DNA of 32,000 nt from Ignicoccus pacificus DSM 13166 (lineage in GTDB: Archaea; Thermoproteota; Thermoprotei_A; Sulfolobales; Ignicoccaceae): the NCBI GenBank assembly GCA_025340205.1, contig CP006868.1, forward strand, positions 930,001 to 962,000, read 5' to 3'. Both the position numbers and the translations under genes were made by a program. Positions 17,228-25,237 of the stretch are shown piece after piece (positions within the stretch are counted from its first letter, which is position 1; each line of letters starts with the position of its first letter). A model generated the notes under the pieces. The model was not told where the DNA came from and did no database searches. It worked only from the letters and a program-made list of their open reading frames with translations.

Positions 17228-17648
17228 GTGGAGGTGTGAGAGGAACGAATACCTTTCGGTAACGGAGCTCAAGTTGGGCGAGTACTCCTTCCATATATAC
17301 AAGAGTCCTCATGGGGATTACTTGGTCTGGGATGACTTCTGTACATGTAAGTCCTTCATGCTCAACTTGGGTAAAGGTATCGTAAGGCCTTGTAAACACA
17401 TGTGTTCCCATAGGAGGCCCATAAAAAGAATTGAAATAAGTTCCGAGGAAGCCTATGACATACTCCTCTCGGTGCTTCTTTACGCCCATAGCAACCTTTT
17501 AAGAATACTGGAAGCTCGTGAGAGGGAGAGGAGACGTGGGAAGGAGGAGAAGGAGGAGGAAGGTGATAAGGAGAGTACCGAGACTACCGACGATGTTTCA
17601 GTGTCCTCACTGCGGAGCTCAAGCGTTGCTGATAGACATAAGGACTGA
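17199..17648 (+). CDS. small SWIM-type zinc-finger protein with a charged low-complexity tail
   Basis: CTCKSFMLNLGKGIVRPCKH matches the SWIM pattern CxCx(n)CxH. The only long ORF filling 17228-17592. GTG start overlaps the rpiA 3' end, so the start is uncertain. Confidence 0.5.
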   Translation: MEGRCYEEVEWRCERNEYLSVTELKLGEYSFHIYKSPHGDYLVWDDFCTCKSFMLNLGKGIVRPCKHMCSHRRPIKRIEISSEEAYDILLSVLLYAHSNLLRILEARERERRRGKEEKEEEGDKESTETTDDVSVSSLRSSSVADRHKD

Positions 17649-17883
17649 TAGGAGATCTAAAAAGAGAATAGCTCAGATAAGGTGCGGATCTTGCGGCCTT
17701 CACTATGAGATGGACCTAACGGATAACCCTATAGCTGATAAGGCTTGGGTTTACGGAAAGTTCATTGACTTGTATTATGCTGGCGAGATCAAGGTAGAGG
17801 AAGCGGAAGAGGAAGAAAAGGAGGTGGAAGAAAGTGAAGAAGGAGAGGAAGGTGGAGGACTACCTGAGGAAGAGGAGTGGTAG
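17593..17883 (+). CDS. Elf1-like transcription elongation factor zinc ribbon
   Basis: MFQCPHCG-x23-CGSCG zinc ribbon, then DKAWVYGKFIDLYY (compare eukaryotic Elf1 PIDVYSxWID) and an acidic tail of about 30 aa. In-frame upstream GTGs at 17563, 17536 and 17518 would add a basic tail (RGRGDVGRRRRRRKVIRR). Confidence 0.65.
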   Translation: MFQCPHCGAQALLIDIRTDRRSKKRIAQIRCGSCGLHYEMDLTDNPIADKAWVYGKFIDLYYAGEIKVEEAEEEEKEVEESEEGEEGGGLPEEEEW

Positions 17884-18589
17884 GGCCCTATTCTTTCTCC
17901 TAGACCCCGATAAGGTAGTTAGGGAAGAGGAGAGGTATAAGGAGATAGTTGAGGAGTTATGCCCATATGCCACGGCCTTCTTCGTCGGAGGTAGTACCGG
18001 GTTTTCCCAATTAGAGGAAGAACGCACGATCAGAATGATAAAAGCGGTATGTGATAAACCTGTCGTGATATTCCCCGGAAGTCCTGCGCACGTCGCTCCC
18101 TCTGCCGATGCCATACTATTCATGAGCTTGCTGAACTCCCGCAGCAGGAAGTTCTTAATCGAGGACCAATTAGAGGGAGCACTCCTAGTTTGGCGCTACG
18201 GTCTCGAAGCAATTCCAACCGCTTATCTGATAGTGGGCGAAGGAGGTACAGCGGGTTGGGTAGGCGACGCCAAGACAATCCCCTTAGAGAAACCGGAACT
18301 GCTAGCCATGTACGCCCTAGCCGCTAAGTACTTGGGTTTCAGGGCGATATACGTGGAAGCGGGCTCAGGGGCTAGGACTCACGTGCCTCCACAAACGGTC
18401 GCTATGATAAAGAAGTTGCTTGGTAATGAAGTGTTCTTGATGATTGGTGGAGGGATAAAGAATGCCGAGACGGCACTTTCAATACTGAAGGCCGGAGCAG
18501 ATGGTATAATCATCGGAACTTTGATAGAGAAGGAGCCAGAGAAGGCAGTTGAACTAGCCAAGGTGGTCAGGGAGAGCTTAGGAGAATGA
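17834..18589 (+). CDS. geranylgeranylglyceryl phosphate synthase (PcrB/GGGPS family)
   Basis: Motifs FFLLDPDK, FFVGGSTG, YVEAGSGA and MIGGGIKN. GTG start with AGGAGGTGGA 9 nt upstream. Overlaps the Elf1-like gene by 50 nt. Confidence 0.88.
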   Translation: MKKERKVEDYLRKRSGRALFFLLDPDKVVREEERYKEIVEELCPYATAFFVGGSTGFSQLEEERTIRMIKAVCDKPVVIFPGSPAHVAPSADAILFMSLLNSRSRKFLIEDQLEGALLVWRYGLEAIPTAYLIVGEGGTAGWVGDAKTIPLEKPELLAMYALAAKYLGFRAIYVEAGSGARTHVPPQTVAMIKKLLGNEVFLMIGGGIKNAETALSILKAGADGIIIGTLIEKEPEKAVELAKVVRESLGE

Positions 18590-18625
18590 TATAAAGCCCA
18601 CCCTCGACCCACCAGCGGTGACGAT

Positions 18626-19669
18626 ATGGAGTGCAACAAAAGGCCTTGGCTCAACGAGATAAAGTCATACAAGCTCCCATCAAAGCCTCCTAAGATACTA
18701 GCTAGACTCCACATGAACGAAAACCCGTTCCCTCCTCCGCCGCCGGTCGTTGAAGCTGCTTACAAGGCCGCTCAGCAAGGTAACTTGTACCCTGATCCAG
18801 AGAGGTACTGGAAGTTAAGGGAACTAGCGGCGAAGTACTACGGTCTTCCAGGACCCGAGTGGGTTTTGCCCACCCTCGGCAGCGATACCGCTCTTAAGCT
18901 GTTCTTCGAGGTATGCACCTTAGCCTCTGACGCTACCTTTCCCTTTCCCAGCTTCCAAGCATATCCTCACTTGGCGTCAGTGGCCGGTACCAAGATGATA
19001 TACTCTAATTTGAAGATAGACGGAAATAAGTTCGTATTGGATATAGAGGATTTCATAGATAAGAAGTCTTCAGCTGCTGTAATAGATTCTCCCAACAATC
19101 CTACCGGTTCCTTACTTGTCAACGAAGAAACTTTGGAAAGGGTGGTTAACGCCTTTCCTGTAGTCCTCTTAGATGAGGCTTACGGGGAATTCGCTCCATA
19201 CGACCTCGTGAGGAAGGTCGAGGAGTTCAAGAACTTAGTGGTAACCAGAACCATGAGTAAAGCGTTTGCTCTAGCGGGCTTCCGGATGGGGTTCTTCATC
19301 TCAAATCCAGAGTACGTGGATAACGTTTCAAAGTTGCTAATGCCTTACGACATTCCATCAATGACTATAGAGGCCGCAATAGCAGCGTTTAGCTATCTTG
19401 ACTATGTAAAAGACTATATCAACTATGTGAACAATGAGAAACGCAAGCTTTACGGGAAGATGGAGGAGCTTGGATGGAAACCCTTCCAGAGCTACACGAA
19501 CTTCGTGTTAGTGAAGGCTGTAAAAGACATAGTAAAGATGTTTAAGGAGAGAGGAGTTATGGTCAGAAGGGTTCCGCTGGGAGACGAGTGGTTCAGAGTT
19601 AGTATAGGCAGCCCGGAGGAGATGAGGATATTCTACGAAACGGCGGAGGAGATAGCCAAGAGATTATGA
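18626..19669 (+). CDS. hisC: histidinol-phosphate aminotransferase
   Basis: Motifs LHMNENPFPPP, DSPNNPTGS, LLDEAYGEF and RTMSKAFALAGFRMG (PLP lysine). Confidence 0.9.
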   Translation: MECNKRPWLNEIKSYKLPSKPPKILARLHMNENPFPPPPPVVEAAYKAAQQGNLYPDPERYWKLRELAAKYYGLPGPEWVLPTLGSDTALKLFFEVCTLASDATFPFPSFQAYPHLASVAGTKMIYSNLKIDGNKFVLDIEDFIDKKSSAAVIDSPNNPTGSLLVNEETLERVVNAFPVVLLDEAYGEFAPYDLVRKVEEFKNLVVTRTMSKAFALAGFRMGFFISNPEYVDNVSKLLMPYDIPSMTIEAAIAAFSYLDYVKDYINYVNNEKRKLYGKMEELGWKPFQSYTNFVLVKAVKDIVKMFKERGVMVRRVPLGDEWFRVSIGSPEEMRIFYETAEEIAKRL

Positions 19670-19939
19670 TTCTTCCTCTAGTTTACTTGATGCCTTAAGG
19701 ACCTTCTTCAATACCTCCTCGTGCTCCCTAGCAAGCTCCTCCGGCGACGCTGGTGGAGAGCTCTTCAGCAACTCGATCCCTCCAGCGAGCATAATTCCAG
19801 CAATCGGAACCGCTAGCTCCAAAAGGAGAATGTCTAAGAGTATTTTCGAATTTGTAATAATGTAGAGTATGAAGGTAGAGATTATTAGTAGCGCAGCCGA
19901 TATTAACATGAACGCTGGTACAATGACCTTCTTATTCAA
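19664..19939 (-). CDS. small membrane protein (2 predicted TM helices, charged C-terminus), hypothetical
   Basis: Hydrophobic VPAFMLISAALLIISTFILYII and LELAVPIAGIMLAGGI, then a K/E-rich tail. TTG start (ATG at codon 11). No family recognised. Confidence 0.4.
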   Translation of the reverse strand: MNKKVIVPAFMLISAALLIISTFILYIITNSKILLDILLLELAVPIAGIMLAGGIELLKSSPPASPEELAREHEEVLKKVLKASSKLEEES

Positions 19940-19944
19940 CGCCT

Positions 19945-19992
19945 CTCTCCCGCGAAGGTTAAGGGAAGGTAAGATATATCCGCGAGGGAGAG
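19945..19992. promoter_or_regulatory. imperfect inverted repeat CTCTCCCGCG ... CGCG(AG)GGAGAG bracketing a TATA-like AAGATATATC element upstream of the GT2 gene
   Basis: Read directly. 19945-19951 ctctccc pairs with 19986-19992 gggagag, and there are cgcg/cgcg inner arms with a 2-nt bulge. The A/T-rich element at 19971-19980 lies 16-25 nt before TTG 19996. Confidence 0.3.
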
Positions 19993-19995
19993 CAA

Positions 19996-21195
19996 TTGAA
20001 CGTAAAGGTCGTCAAGGAAGACGATGTAGAGATAAGGGCTCTCAACTTTGAGAAGTGTAAGAGCGCGGAACTCGTATCAATCAGCGTTTACTTCAACGCC
20101 GCCAGAAGTGAGAAGAGGAAGGAATTAACTATAAGAGCATTGAGAAGTTTTATTGATATTGAGATAGAAAACCATGCCTTAGTCTTAGTGGATAATGGTT
20201 CCATCGATTCCACTATAGAAGTGCTGATGGATGAGGTTTTGAGAAGCGGATCCGAGAAGTGTGTATTAATAGTAAGGTTGCCCAAGAACTTGGGATTTGC
20301 CAGAGCAAATGAAATAGGGTATAAGTTGGCAAAAGGTCTATCAAAGCAGATGAAATACGTTGCATTGATAAACGATGATGTGGTTGTTGATGAGAAGAAG
20401 TTTAAAGAATTATATAGGATATTGGAGGACACGGACGTCTGTGGTGTTCAGGGAATATTGCTCCATCCTACCGGAAAGCTAGACAGTGCCTCCCTCTATT
20501 TCTCTCCATTGCTCGCATACGGAGGAACTGTAGGATCAGCTGAGTATCTTCCAGCATTGGCCCTCTTTCCAAGTTTTACCTCGTATCTCGACGGTGCTTT
20601 ATCGATATATAATGAGGAGTGTCTTAAAGGAAAGCTCTTCGAGCCTTATTGTTTCATGTACGGAGACGATTACGAGCTCGGAACGAGATTGACTTCAGAG
20701 AATGGGAAACTTCTATTCGTGCCTATAGTTGTGGGCACTCATCATAGGGGCCTCACGAGGACCTCCTCCACAGAACTTCATCGTAAGATAATGTGGTGGG
20801 GCGGATTTTGCTCCTCGAGCCTCTCCATGTCGCTTATCAATGTCCCTAAGTCTTTATTCTTCTTAGAACTCCTTTTGAGAAATTTTTCGATAACGATGGT
20901 AATCGCACTGAGCAAAGTAGGTTTGTTCAAGAATATCAAAGAATTAGTACGATTAAATAAATCTTTCATGGAGGGTTCACTTTTCGCTCTTTTCAGACCA
21001 GCGCCGTTTAGGAGAAGAAAGAGTGTCTTGTTGGAACCAAATGTGATCGAAATGATTTCTTCGCTTTCCCTTAGCGTGATTCCAGCTTGCTTCGTGTGTA
21101 GGCTCTTCCCTCCATGGAAGAGACTTAGAAGACTTTTAAGAGAATTAGAGAAAACGATTCACCCCTTATCCTCCGGAGAGCGGAGAGAGGCATAG
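19996..21195 (+). CDS. family 2 glycosyltransferase (GT-A fold) with a hydrophobic C-terminal half
   Basis: Motifs VSISVYFNAA, LVLVDNGSIDST, GFARANEIG, ALINDDVVV and GDDYELGTRL. No in-frame ATG precedes these motifs, so a TTG/GTG start is required. Confidence 0.8.
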   Translation: MNVKVVKEDDVEIRALNFEKCKSAELVSISVYFNAARSEKRKELTIRALRSFIDIEIENHALVLVDNGSIDSTIEVLMDEVLRSGSEKCVLIVRLPKNLGFARANEIGYKLAKGLSKQMKYVALINDDVVVDEKKFKELYRILEDTDVCGVQGILLHPTGKLDSASLYFSPLLAYGGTVGSAEYLPALALFPSFTSYLDGALSIYNEECLKGKLFEPYCFMYGDDYELGTRLTSENGKLLFVPIVVGTHHRGLTRTSSTELHRKIMWWGGFCSSSLSMSLINVPKSLFFLELLLRNFSITMVIALSKVGLFKNIKELVRLNKSFMEGSLFALFRPAPFRRRKSVLLEPNVIEMISSLSLSVIPACFVCRLFPPWKRLRRLLRELEKTIHPLSSGERREA

Positions 21196-21548
21196 GGATC
21201 TTCTATCCTCACCCTCTCGTTGAGGGGCTGCGTGGAGACCTCAATCAACCTGACGTCCTCCAATGCTATGAGTTGATGTACTGTGTATGGTTCTATGGTT
21301 ATTTCCTCACCCTCCTGAACCAAGAACTCGTTGGGACCACTTCGTACCTTTAAGGTACCCTTATCGACGTATATGGTCTCCTTCTTCTGTCTATGGTAAT
21401 GGACGCTGGTGCTGTAGCCTTTCTTTATTTCTATTATCTTACCGCCATACTCGGGTTCATCAGCTATCCAGATCTCCCTACCCCAAGGCTTTTCTACTAC
21501 CTTTACCCTCTTGACGTTTTCTTGACTCAAGTACTTTAGTTCATCCAA
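21159..21548 (-). CDS. cupin-domain protein, type II phosphomannose-isomerase-like
   Basis: VVEKPWGREIWIADEPEYGGKIIEIKKGYSTSVHYHRQKKETIYVDKGTLKV...HQLIALEDVRLIEVS is the typical ManC-type cupin pattern. TTG start. Confidence 0.7.
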   Translation of the reverse strand: MDELKYLSQENVKRVKVVEKPWGREIWIADEPEYGGKIIEIKKGYSTSVHYHRQKKETIYVDKGTLKVRSGPNEFLVQEGEEITIEPYTVHQLIALEDVRLIEVSTQPLNERVRIEDPYASLRSPEDKG

Positions 21549-21599
21549 GGGATCTGCACCGCTGAAGCCTTCGCAGAAGGGAAATAATACTCTAGGACC

Positions 21600-22325
21600 T
21601 CAGAGGAATATCCTCAGTAAGTTGAGTATAGAAGCCAATAGGAGCAGACCTTCTATCATCCTCTCATCGCTCTTGACCCTCTTCAAAAGCTTAGGCGCGA
21701 TTGTGAGCGAAAGGAGTGAACCAGCACTCATGAGCAAGACCGCTCCGAAGTCAATACCCTTCATAGCACTCAGGTAACCCAAGGCTGTGGTTAGGGTAGG
21801 TATAAGCTTCAGCAAGGGTGTCATCGCTATGGCATTTTTCAAGTCAACGTTGAATATTGTCTGAATAGTAACAAATATTATCGAAAGACCTCCACCGACG
21901 GTGCTCTTATCTAGAGCTGCTATTAGGGCGAAAAACGAGAGCACGTATCTGCTCCTTATCCACACCCTCTTCCTTATTTCAAGCACGGCTAAAGCGGCTA
22001 GTAAAGTCAAGGAATACAGAACTCTTCTTTCTATTATAGACATTGATAGAATAAAGAACGGTAATATGAACGAGAGGACCGAGGTCATCGCTATGAATAC
22101 CAATACGGGCCAAGGTATGCTTAACGATACGTTGCCCTCTCTTAAATGGGCGATGAAGGCGGGGATGAGGGTAAGTAATTGAGAGAAGACGATAACGCTT
22201 ACCGCTTGCTTAGGGTCCATTCCTAATATAGGTACAAGGATTAGCGAGGCGGTGAGGCCGTACCCTAACGCTAATGTGTAATCCAATAAGCCCGCCACGA
22301 AGCCAATCGCTAGCCACGTCAGCAT
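21600..22325 (-). CDS. TauE/SafE (TSUP) family anion permease
   Basis: Polytopic protein with an internal duplication. N-terminal IGFVAGLLDYTLALGYGLTASLILVPIL and second-half LDKSTVGGGLSIIFVTIQ resemble the G-rich TSUP repeats. ATAAAAG TATA-like box about 35 nt upstream. Confidence 0.65.
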   Translation of the reverse strand: MLTWLAIGFVAGLLDYTLALGYGLTASLILVPILGMDPKQAVSVIVFSQLLTLIPAFIAHLREGNVSLSIPWPVLVFIAMTSVLSFILPFFILSMSIIERRVLYSLTLLAALAVLEIRKRVWIRSRYVLSFFALIAALDKSTVGGGLSIIFVTIQTIFNVDLKNAIAMTPLLKLIPTLTTALGYLSAMKGIDFGAVLLMSAGSLLSLTIAPKLLKRVKSDERMIEGLLLLASILNLLRIFL

Positions 22326-22428
22326 TCTTCCTCACAAGCCCCTCCTAGGATTAGCTTTTATCGACCTCCGAAGGTGTGAGACACAAACCGAGAAAGCACA
22401 TGAAGTCCACAGAGCCTCCGATGTCGGT

Positions 22429-22992
22429 GTGATCGAAGTGAAGTGCTTGGAGAAGGCTCCGGTAATCTGGTTGACGGGCTTGCCGGGCAGCGGAAAGAGT
22501 ACCTTAGCTAAGAACGTAGCCAAGAAGCTAAAGGAAATGGGCTACAAGGTGGAGGTGCTCGATGGAGATTGGGTAAGGAAGACGATCAACCCCGACGCGG
22601 GGTACACCAAGGAGGAGAGGGCTAGACATTTGAGGAGGGTCGCTTGGATAGCTAGGTTGTTAGCTAGGAACGGAGTCATCACCTTGTGCTCCTTCGTATC
22701 TCCCTATAGAGAGGTAAGGAGACAGATAAGGGAGATAGTGGAGGAAGAGGTACCCTTCTACGAGATCTACGTGAAGTGTCCGGTGGAGGAGTGCATCAAG
22801 AGGGATCCTAAGGGTCTGTATAAGAAGGCCTTGAGGGGAGAGATAAAGCACTTTACTGGAATAAGTGATCCCTACGAGCCTCCCGAAAATCCCGACTTAG
22901 TGATCGATACCGTTAACGAGAGCGTGGAGGAGAGCACCGAGAAGTTATTGAGGTTCGTTTTAGATAAAATATCTAAACTCTCAGAGGAGTAA
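22429..22992 (+). CDS. cysC: adenylylsulfate (APS) kinase
   Basis: Motifs IWLTGLPGSGKSTLA, VLDGDWVRK, FVSPYREVR, DPKGLYKKA and FTGISDPYEPP. GTG start; there is no in-frame ATG before the P-loop. Confidence 0.92.
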   Translation: MIEVKCLEKAPVIWLTGLPGSGKSTLAKNVAKKLKEMGYKVEVLDGDWVRKTINPDAGYTKEERARHLRRVAWIARLLARNGVITLCSFVSPYREVRRQIREIVEEEVPFYEIYVKCPVEECIKRDPKGLYKKALRGEIKHFTGISDPYEPPENPDLVIDTVNESVEESTEKLLRFVLDKISKLSEE

Positions 22993-22998
22993 TTTTTC
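22993..22998 (+). terminator. oligo-T tract (TTTTTC) immediately after the cysC stop
   Basis: Read directly (taa 22990-22992, then tttttc) in the 20-nt gap to the convergent uL23 gene. Confidence 0.3.
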
Positions 22999-23012
22999 TG
23001 AATACAAATAGG

Positions 23013-23276
23013 TCATATCAATCCTATCCTGCTTGCTACGTCCGCGGCCTTGTACTCCTTGCTCAGCTTTACGTAAGCCTTCTTCTCTCCCTCTGGGGTG
23101 ATCATGGTATTTACTTTCTCTACCTTAACTTCATACATCTCCTCAACAGCCTTCTTTATCTCTGGCTTGGTAGCATCCCTTCTAACTATGAATGTCAACG
23201 TGTTGTTGCTCTCTATTAACGCTATCGCCTTTTCGGTGTGTACAGGCCTTATTATGATCTCTTCCGGGCTCCTCAT
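23013..23276 (-). CDS. rpl23: 50S ribosomal protein uL23
   Basis: [50 protein letters not shown] is the typical archaeal L23. ATGA overlap with the uL4 stop. Confidence 0.93.
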   Translation of the reverse strand: MRSPEEIIIRPVHTEKAIALIESNNTLTFIVRRDATKPEIKKAVEEMYEVKVEKVNTMITPEGEKKAYVKLSKEYKAADVASRIGLI

Positions 23277-24049
23277 GGTGTGAACCTCCTCCCTATCTCC
23301 TCGAGAGCCTTTTTGCTAATGATAGTTAGCCTTCCGGGAACTCCTCCTGGAGCCAAGTGCTTGACGCTGAGGACCCTTACTGCTACGGCTTCAGTTCCGG
23401 GGAAGGCTCCTACCGCCTTCCTCACGGGAGCGTTCTCATCGGCTATGACCAATAGAGGCCCAACCCTCTTCTTGTATCTCCTCCCCCTCATCTTACCCTT
23501 AGTGCTTCTCTGCCTCCACTGGGAGGCCCTTTCCACGTCCTCCCACACACCAATCTTCTTGAATATCTCCTTTAGCTCCTTGCTCTTACTCACGTTCTCG
23601 AGGTCGTCTACTACTATTACCGGGAAGCTCTTGACATTGGTAATTATATGACCTCTAGCCTCTACGAACTCCTTCCTAGCAGTAGCAGCTAGGGCACTCA
23701 TTATGGCCATTCTTCTCTCTTTCTTGTTTATCTCTTCGTGGATCTTCTTGTCAGGCCTTGGAGGGAAGGCTAGGTGGCCTCCGACAGCGGAGTTGATGAA
23801 AGCAGCCCTGTTGCTTCCCTTTATTCTTGGAACTCTAGCTATTCCGTAACCTATACCTAGGCTCTCAGCGGTGGTCCTCTTACCAGCCATAGGATCCCTT
23901 CCCTTGGGCTGTAGTCTAGCAGTGAAGGCGCTGAGGAAGGCCCTCCTAATTAAGTCAGCCCTTACTGGTACGGAGAATACGGCCGGTAGTTCTACCTCTC
24001 CTACCTCCTTACCCTCGAGGTCTATTAAGGGCCTCTTCAAGTCCTCCAT
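23273..24049 (-). CDS. rpl4: 50S ribosomal protein uL4
   Basis: Archaeal L4 pattern ([12 protein letters not shown].., [30 protein letters not shown]). I trimmed the start to ATG 24049 ([13 protein letters not shown]); track start GTG 24085. Confidence 0.93.
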   Translation of the reverse strand: MEDLKRPLIDLEGKEVGEVELPAVFSVPVRADLIRRAFLSAFTARLQPKGRDPMAGKRTTAESLGIGYGIARVPRIKGSNRAAFINSAVGGHLAFPPRPDKKIHEEINKKERRMAIMSALAATARKEFVEARGHIITNVKSFPVIVVDDLENVSKSKELKEIFKKIGVWEDVERASQWRQRSTKGKMRGRRYKKRVGPLLVIADENAPVRKAVGAFPGTEAVAVRVLSVKHLAPGGVPGRLTIISKKALEEIGRRFTP

Positions 24050-24096
24050 TCCCAACACTCTACTATGGAACCATAACGCGTTCACGTACCATCACC

Positions 24097-25173
24097 TCAG
24101 TTACCTTGCTTAGAGCTCAAGCTGATGTAGTTGATCGGGGGCGGTCCAGCTGGCTCCCAGCTCGGAGGCCTTACGGGAAGCCTTAACACTATCGGTCTCT
24201 TAGGCGGACCGAACACGCTTCCCGCCAGCACTACGTACTTGCTCTTTACTAGGCCGTAGTGTAGCCATCCACCCTTTACGTTGATCTTGCTGGGGTCGTC
24301 ACTTATCATGAGTACCCTCTTGTTGTAATCGGTCCTCCTGTGGTAGCCCATCTGGCCGGGCTGGGGCACATAGCTGGAGGTACCCTTTCCGGAGGACCTA
24401 GCTCCTATCCTCCTTGAACCCTTCCTGTGCTTGTGCCACTTAGGCAACTCCTTGACTCCGAACCTCTTGATCACGCCCTGGAAGCCCTTACCCTTGGTAA
24501 CTCCTATTACATCTACGAACTTACCGGCCTCTATTACCTCCTCCACGTCCACTAGGTTACCTAGCTTCTCCTTTGCGAAGTTGAAGGCATCCTCCACTCC
24601 TCCTCCTACCTTGACCTCAAGGATGTCGACAGCCTTCTTGCTTACCCCTCCGGCTAGGAAGGGTATAGAGGTCATTATCAAGGCCACCTTCCTTACCTTG
24701 TCTAAGTCCACGTCGAACTCCTTCTCGGGGACCTTGAACTCGAATCCCTTACCACTTCCGAGAGACTCGACCATGTGAGGAAGTCTCTTGCTTAGTCCTA
24801 GGAGGTACTTTCTGGCTACATCCTCTCCTAGCTTCTCCTTAATTACATCAGTGGGGTTCCTCCAGACCTCCCCCATCACGAAGTGTCCTCTATTGGGATC
24901 GTAGCCGTATACCCTAGCTCCCAGTACCACCATAGGAGGGGTCTCGACCACGGTGACGGGTACGAATATCTCTTGTCCAGCGGTGTCCACGTGCTCTCTG
25001 TCGTCCACCATGAGCACGTGGGTCATTCCCACTTTATAGCCCAAGAACGCTAAGGGTTTCGCCACGTCTACCTTGGGCCAGCTCCTAACCCTAGGTACTA
25101 TGTCAGCGGCTCTCTTCCTCGGCCTAAGCCCCGCTGAACCTCGACGAGGCGCCTCTTTCTTTCGTGCTCCCAA
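24097..25173 (-). CDS. rpl3: 50S ribosomal protein uL3
   Basis: (M)GARKKEAPRRGSAGLRPRKRA is the N-terminus typical of archaeal L3, plus FQGVIKRFG and HKHRKGSRRIG. A TTG start is required to keep the conserved N-terminus. Confidence 0.95.
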   Translation of the reverse strand: MGARKKEAPRRGSAGLRPRKRAADIVPRVRSWPKVDVAKPLAFLGYKVGMTHVLMVDDREHVDTAGQEIFVPVTVVETPPMVVLGARVYGYDPNRGHFVMGEVWRNPTDVIKEKLGEDVARKYLLGLSKRLPHMVESLGSGKGFEFKVPEKEFDVDLDKVRKVALIMTSIPFLAGGVSKKAVDILEVKVGGGVEDAFNFAKEKLGNLVDVEEVIEAGKFVDVIGVTKGKGFQGVIKRFGVKELPKWHKHRKGSRRIGARSSGKGTSSYVPQPGQMGYHRRTDYNKRVLMISDDPSKINVKGGWLHYGLVKSKYVVLAGSVFGPPKRPIVLRLPVRPPSWEPAGPPPINYISLSSKQGN

Positions 25174-25237
25174 GAGTTCTCCCCCTTCTCCACCCGACGC
25201 GAGGGCTTTTTGAAGACTTCAAGTCCCTCCAAAGTCC

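Noticed and set aside
17112-17489. 125-aa minus-strand ORF overlapping the rpiA 3' end and the SWIM ORF.
   Set aside because: The translation is Pro/Arg-rich with no motif. The plus-strand frame carries a clean CxCxnCxH SWIM signature and fits the co-directional operon.
22332-22523. 63-aa minus-strand ORF spanning the TauE/cysC intergenic region.
   Set aside because: It overlaps the cysC P-loop coding region in antisense and would sit in the promoter region. No motif.
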